Source of the DNA: Candidatus Heimdallarchaeota archaeon
GTDB taxonomy: Archaea; Asgardarchaeota; Heimdallarchaeia; Hodarchaeales; Hodarchaeaceae
Reading direction: 5' to 3'
Length of the DNA stretch: 10,714 bases
NCBI GenBank assembly: GCA_020353515.1
Contig: CP070695.1
Location: 235,644 to 246,357, forward strand
Both the position numbers and the translations under genes were made by a program. Shown piece by piece: positions 6,438 to 10,714 of this stretch (its first letter is position 1; each line of letters begins with the position of its first letter). The notes under the pieces were generated by a model that saw nothing but the letters and a program-made list of their open reading frames with translations, searched no databases and was not told where the DNA came from.

Positions 6438-7337
6438 TTGAAATGGAATGATGAAGAGGCCCCAAAGACAGCGATGGCTATTTTGAATCTCGTTTCAGGT
6501 GTTACCCTCTGGGAGGAAATGATTCGAGATCGGAGGGAATTTTGTCTCCATAAGTGCCAAAATAATAAAGTTGTTAATATGTTGCGTCCTAAGTGCACTG
6601 ATCGTCGCTATTTAGATGTCCTTCTATTGAAACGCGAGTCTAAAAAGAATATGCCAATGTTTTGTTATTCTCAACGAATAAAAGGGCTCATAAGATCATT
6701 CCAAGAAGGTGAAATGCTGCTTCCTGACGTTTATGTCTATACTGATGATTATTGGAAGATTATCCATGAAAAACAATCGTCTACTCGTCGTTCAGCTTCA
6801 GATATTCTCAAACGAACAATTATAAAGGGAAAAGAGGTTCTTCCTATGGGGAGTATGGATCAAGTCCTTGAAACTCATTTATTACGTGATCAGCTTTTTC
6901 TCCTTTGGCCAAAGTTAGATTTATGTTTGATAAACGCCCAAGAAACTAGTATTCACAGTATAAGTATGTTTCGTTCAATCGTTGAGACCCTAGCGGAGTA
7001 TCATGGTCTTGAAGTCGATCTGGATGTTGAGGGTAATTTCATTAGTATAATATTCAAGAATCTTAACTTAAAAGATTCAGTTACGGTAGAAGAGGAGCTT
7101 CAAAAGTCTTCCGCCTTTACAGGCTTTTCTGGAACAGAGATTTGGACGGAAGTTTCATTACCATCAGGGTTAGAGGAAGAGGAATTCGAATTCAAAGTAA
7201 AAGATCTCCATTTCATTTTTAAAACAGTGTCCGGTGTGATAGAGATCATGGAAAGGGATGAAAACGATAATAGGCTTGCTGACTCGATAACAGAACTTTC
7301 TCAGGCCATTGCGGAAAAAGATCAGGATTCTAAATAA
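6438..7337 (+). CDS. Hypothetical protein, 299 aa, with N-terminal Cys cluster and acidic C-terminal half
   Basis: Long ORF, TTG start with AAGGAG upstream. Contains CLHKC...C...C spacing; no family recognised. Confidence 0.8.
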   Translation: MKWNDEEAPKTAMAILNLVSGVTLWEEMIRDRREFCLHKCQNNKVVNMLRPKCTDRRYLDVLLLKRESKKNMPMFCYSQRIKGLIRSFQEGEMLLPDVYVYTDDYWKIIHEKQSSTRRSASDILKRTIIKGKEVLPMGSMDQVLETHLLRDQLFLLWPKLDLCLINAQETSIHSISMFRSIVETLAEYHGLEVDLDVEGNFISIIFKNLNLKDSVTVEEELQKSSAFTGFSGTEIWTEVSLPSGLEEEEFEFKVKDLHFIFKTVSGVIEIMERDENDNRLADSITELSQAIAEKDQDSK

Positions 7338-7429
7338 TAGTTTCCTTTCCTTCTAGAGAGACATCCACTTATTGTTATTTAAATGAATAGAATCAGGTTA
7401 TAATTATAAATTTAAGGAGTCTTATCCAC

Positions 7430-9355
7430 TTGTTCTCGATAAGAAAAAAAGATGGATTAGCACGAATAGGGACAATTACTACAAAACATGGAAAGATTTC
7501 AACACCTACTCTTTTACCTGTCATTAATCCAAATCGTCAGCTACTCCATCCTGAAGAAATGGTGAAGTGCGGATCCGAAGCCTTCATCACTAACGCTTAT
7601 CTACTCTATAAAGATTCCGTAAATCGAGAAAAAGTACTTAAAGAGGGTTTACATAAGTATATTGGTTTTTCTGGCCCACTTATGACTGATTCTGGTGCAT
7701 TTCAGCTGATGGAATATGGAGAAGTATCAGTTACAAATAAAGAAATCACTGAATTCCAAGAAAAAATCGGTAGTGATATTGGTGTTTTTTTAGATATTCC
7801 AATAAAGAAAGGAACTTATGAGGACACAAAAGTAGCACTGGAAGAAACACTGCGTAGAGCTGATGAACATATTCACCATCGAAATTCAATAAGTTCTACT
7901 TTATGGGCTGGGCCGATCCAAGGAGGTAAATATTTGGAGCTAATTAAAGATTCTTGTGAGAAAATGGCTCAAAAGGACTTCATTGTACATCCTATTGGAT
8001 CGGTTGTTCCTCTTTTAGAAGCATATGATTTCAAGACTATTGTCAAGATTATTCTTACTGCAAAGCAACATTTACCTCCTAATCGTCCTACCCATTTGTT
8101 TGGAGCAGGACATCCAATGTTATTCGCTGTTGCAGTATTTCTTGGGATTGATATGTTTGATTCAGCCGCTTATGTTCTATATGCCAAAGGTAATCGATAT
8201 ATCACAGTTTCGGGAACAGAATACTTGAAAGATTTGGAATATCTCCCTTGTTCATGTGAAGTTTGCCAAAATTATTCTGTCACTGAGTTAAAGCAGGTAG
8301 ATCAAGACGTTCGAACCAATTTACTTGCAAAGCATAATCTTTGTGTCAGCTTAGAAGAAATCCGCCGAATAAAACAAGCAATCATCGAAGGGCGCTTATA
8401 TGAGCTTGTCTTGGCTCGTGTAATGAACCATCCTTCCTTAGCTAGGAGTTTAAGTCTTTTATTTGGAATTTCAACCTCTCAATTCATAGAATTCTATGAA
8501 CCAATATCTAAAGCTCGGTCTCTTCTTATTACACACCCTATTCTTGCGTTCCAACCCCTACTATTGCGATACAGAAAACGAATTCTAGAACGATTTTATT
8601 TCTGGAGTTCTAGATTACTTATAGGGCAGGATTACCAACATTTACGATCTTCATCTTCCTATCAAGTGATTAGGGTGTCTCCCCTTTTTGGGATAATTCC
8701 TGATGAATTACGAGGAGTTTTCCCCTTAGTTCAGCATGAAAGAGTACCTATGACGTATTCACCAGAAATAATCAACTTTATTTCTCAGTTTCTTGAGAAA
8801 TACAAAAGAAATTTTGAACAAATCGAAGTTCATCCTTCTATAGACCTAGACGTAGATATATTGCAAGAATTTAGCAGTTATGACGGAACTAAAGCAAAAG
8901 AAAAATTAAATGAAGCTCATATCGTCAAAGCTATATTAGATTACCAATTTGGGGTTGGAACCCACCTAGTTTTATCTGGGAAAACTATATTCGTGGAACG
9001 ATCAAAAAGAACAGGAATTCTCCGTCACTTTTCAGACGAATCTGGGATTCTAGGAACTTTTCGCGCATCAGATTTCGTAATTGTCCCTACAAAGGACTTT
9101 GCACATAAATTACATAATTATATTCCTGCTCCACGGTTACGAGTAGTGGCAAAGAGTGAAAGTATTCCCTATATTTCTAGAAATAAGGATTTATTAGCCA
9201 AATTTGTACTCAATGTTGATTCTGAAATCCGTTGTGGAGAAGAAGTGTTCATTGTTGATGAAAAAGACTCTTTTTTGAATTTTGGTAAAAGTTTACTCTC
9301 AGCTCCTGAAATGATTGCGTTTAATCGTGGGGTAGCTGTTCGTGTTCGTCGTTAA
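7430..9355 (+). CDS. tgtA: Archaeosine tRNA-guanine(15) transglycosylase (ArcTGT) with C-terminal PUA domain
   Basis: ARIG..TP..LPV, MTDSGAFQ, GPIQGG, PIGSVVPLLE.Y, HLFGAGHP, DMFDSAAY, Zn site CSCEVC...HN, DYQFG.G and a PUA tail (IRCGEEVFIVD...GVAVRVR). TTG start with AAGGAG at 7414-7419. Confidence 0.96.
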   Translation: MFSIRKKDGLARIGTITTKHGKISTPTLLPVINPNRQLLHPEEMVKCGSEAFITNAYLLYKDSVNREKVLKEGLHKYIGFSGPLMTDSGAFQLMEYGEVSVTNKEITEFQEKIGSDIGVFLDIPIKKGTYEDTKVALEETLRRADEHIHHRNSISSTLWAGPIQGGKYLELIKDSCEKMAQKDFIVHPIGSVVPLLEAYDFKTIVKIILTAKQHLPPNRPTHLFGAGHPMLFAVAVFLGIDMFDSAAYVLYAKGNRYITVSGTEYLKDLEYLPCSCEVCQNYSVTELKQVDQDVRTNLLAKHNLCVSLEEIRRIKQAIIEGRLYELVLARVMNHPSLARSLSLLFGISTSQFIEFYEPISKARSLLITHPILAFQPLLLRYRKRILERFYFWSSRLLIGQDYQHLRSSSSYQVIRVSPLFGIIPDELRGVFPLVQHERVPMTYSPEIINFISQFLEKYKRNFEQIEVHPSIDLDVDILQEFSSYDGTKAKEKLNEAHIVKAILDYQFGVGTHLVLSGKTIFVERSKRTGILRHFSDESGILGTFRASDFVIVPTKDFAHKLHNYIPAPRLRVVAKSESIPYISRNKDLLAKFVLNVDSEIRCGEEVFIVDEKDSFLNFGKSLLSAPEMIAFNRGVAVRVRR

Positions 9356-9461
9356 TTGAAAAATTAGGGAATATCAGGTTGGAATTTCTATATTGAGGAT
9401 AAAAACATTTATCAGAATAATGTAAGTTATTCAAATTTACAATTATGAAGAAGGTCAAATT

Positions 9462-10388
9462 TTGCCACGGAAACGATCTCGAAAAACATTATTGGAAATT
9501 TCTAGCCAACCAGAACTTTGGATATTTAGTAATCTCCTAATTGAAGATTGGGTAACAAAGGACGATCTCAAAAATCCTGTATTCAAAAAAAAAGTAAGCA
9601 TTCCTATTTCTCTTCCTAGTGGTACTGCAATCTTAAAAATCGAATCAGATGGTCCGAAGGGTCAAGTTATCTCAGTAGCGATTGTTCATAGCTCAGATAT
9701 CCAATTATTCCAATTGATGGAACCATTAGGATTTCCTAAATTTCAAACAAGAGTCTTAGATTACATAAAAGAGATTTATCCACATAATTTTGATTTTTAC
9801 AGCTATCTAAGACCTTTCTATTCCGCTAAAATGAGAGAGTTCGGAATTACTGATATTCTTGGTTTGGACACTGATGTTAAAGATTTGGCAGAATATGGTG
9901 TGAAATCTCGGATATTACAACGGTTTTCTGATCCAATACAAGGATATGAGGTTCCTCAGTATTGGCGTGTTAACAAAAAACTAGTTGTTTTTAAACCTGA
10001 CAAAATTACAGAGAGAGATCTGATAATCACACTCCGTAAAACGATCTGTGATAGATTAGCAAAACATGCTGTTATAGAGGGACTACGCTGTGCTATTATT
10101 GCTCTAAAACATTATGCCTCATTACTTGACAAACTCACTTCGGAAACACGAATCAATCCACCAGAAGAGCACAGAACTTTAGCTGATGGGCTTTATGAAT
10201 TAGGGGAATTCCAGAATTCCGCAATATTTTACTCTAAATGCTTATCTCAATCCACTTTTGCTGATGAAAATGAGAGAGACCAAATATTAACAGCTTTAAA
10301 AGACTCTATTGAACGACTGGAACCTCAAGATTTTTTAGAATACGCTTTGTTTGCAGCTAAAGTGGCACGAGAACATGGTGACGAATAA
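9462..10388 (+). CDS. Hypothetical protein; possible degenerate YprB/MrfB-like RNase H-fold domain plus C-terminal TPR-like helices
   Basis: AILKIESDG..QVISVAIV, DPIQGYEVPQYW and LAKHAVIE align by eye with the YprB motifs FxDIETTG, DIPGxxIPxxY and HNxxD. LADGLYELGEFQNSAIFYSKCL is TPR-like. Confidence 0.6.
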   Translation: MPRKRSRKTLLEISSQPELWIFSNLLIEDWVTKDDLKNPVFKKKVSIPISLPSGTAILKIESDGPKGQVISVAIVHSSDIQLFQLMEPLGFPKFQTRVLDYIKEIYPHNFDFYSYLRPFYSAKMREFGITDILGLDTDVKDLAEYGVKSRILQRFSDPIQGYEVPQYWRVNKKLVVFKPDKITERDLIITLRKTICDRLAKHAVIEGLRCAIIALKHYASLLDKLTSETRINPPEEHRTLADGLYELGEFQNSAIFYSKCLSQSTFADENERDQILTALKDSIERLEPQDFLEYALFAAKVAREHGDE

Positions 10389-10426
10389 GCTAGATAAAAA
10401 ATGGGTATTTTCTTTGAATCAATTCA

Positions 10427-10714
10427 CTAATGTGAGAGAAAATGTTGAAAAAGATTGAAATCTAATAGTTTATGCCCGTAAAAGATCTCCCCGTATTTTT
10501 TGTTGATTAATGACCCAAAAAAACGTCCCATTCCTTCCATCCAATCAATTATTGGAGGATTATATGAGGGATGAGCCCTAAACTGTGATTTATAGGCTAG
10601 TAATGCTTGCTTCTTTCTTTCAAATTGTTCACTGATGTCTATAATGAACTGAAGAGGTAAATTTGTCTGGATTAATTCACGAGCAGTGTAGTAGTAAAAC
10701 GCATGCTCAATTCT
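10427..10714 (-). CDS. PIG-L/LmbE family deacetylase (BshB1-like), C-terminal part (enters from the right edge)
   Basis: Hand translation: ...RIEHAFYYY...FIIDISEQFERKKQALLAYKSQF...GMGRFFGSLINKKYGEIFY...HFLSH*. The DIS..FE.K..A..AYKSQF and YGE.F motifs are typical of the family. Not in the ORF track. Confidence 0.85.
   Translation of the reverse strand, partial: RIEHAFYYYTARELIQTNLPLQFIIDISEQFERKKQALLAYKSQFRAHPSYNPPIIDWMEGMGRFFGSLINKKYGEIFYGHKLLDFNLFQHFLSH

Noticed and set aside
8025-8228. 67-aa alternate-frame ORF inside tgtA
   Set aside because: Overlaps conserved TGT motifs in another frame; Leu-rich frame artefact.
1-10714. CRISPR array, tRNA/rRNA genes, transposase, integrase or defence-system genes
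   Set aside because: No regularly spaced repeats, cloverleaf/T-loop signatures or relevant protein motifs seen by eye.

Overview
AT-rich archaeal chromosomal region. The archaeal call rests on an archaeosine tRNA-guanine transglycosylase with a PUA domain, a DUF99 nuclease and TATA-type promoters; an Asgard/Heimdallarchaeia-like origin is a guess from gene style only. In order: partial DUF4386-like membrane protein (-), 131-aa ORF resembling an SF2-helicase fragment (-), DUF99 nuclease (-), 91-aa orphan (+), a 58-aa CdrS/CopG-like ribbon-helix-helix (RHH) regulator missing from the ORF track (-, 1895-2071), class II B12-dependent ribonucleotide reductase NrdJ with a 404-aa LAGLIDADG intein (+), a 299-aa hypothetical protein with an N-terminal Cys cluster, tgtA, a 308-aa protein resembling a degenerate YprB/MrfB exonuclease plus TPR, and the 3' end of a PIG-L/BshB1-like deacetylase (-). 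The most interesting signal is the 400-bp spacer between the RHH gene and nrdJ. It holds phased direct repeats and palindromes (candidate operators) and a nested multi-helix element at 2281-2412 (candidate structured RNA leader or ncRNA), together suggesting an undescribed archaeal RNR control module. All family assignments are from motif recognition by eye; no searches or folding programs were run.
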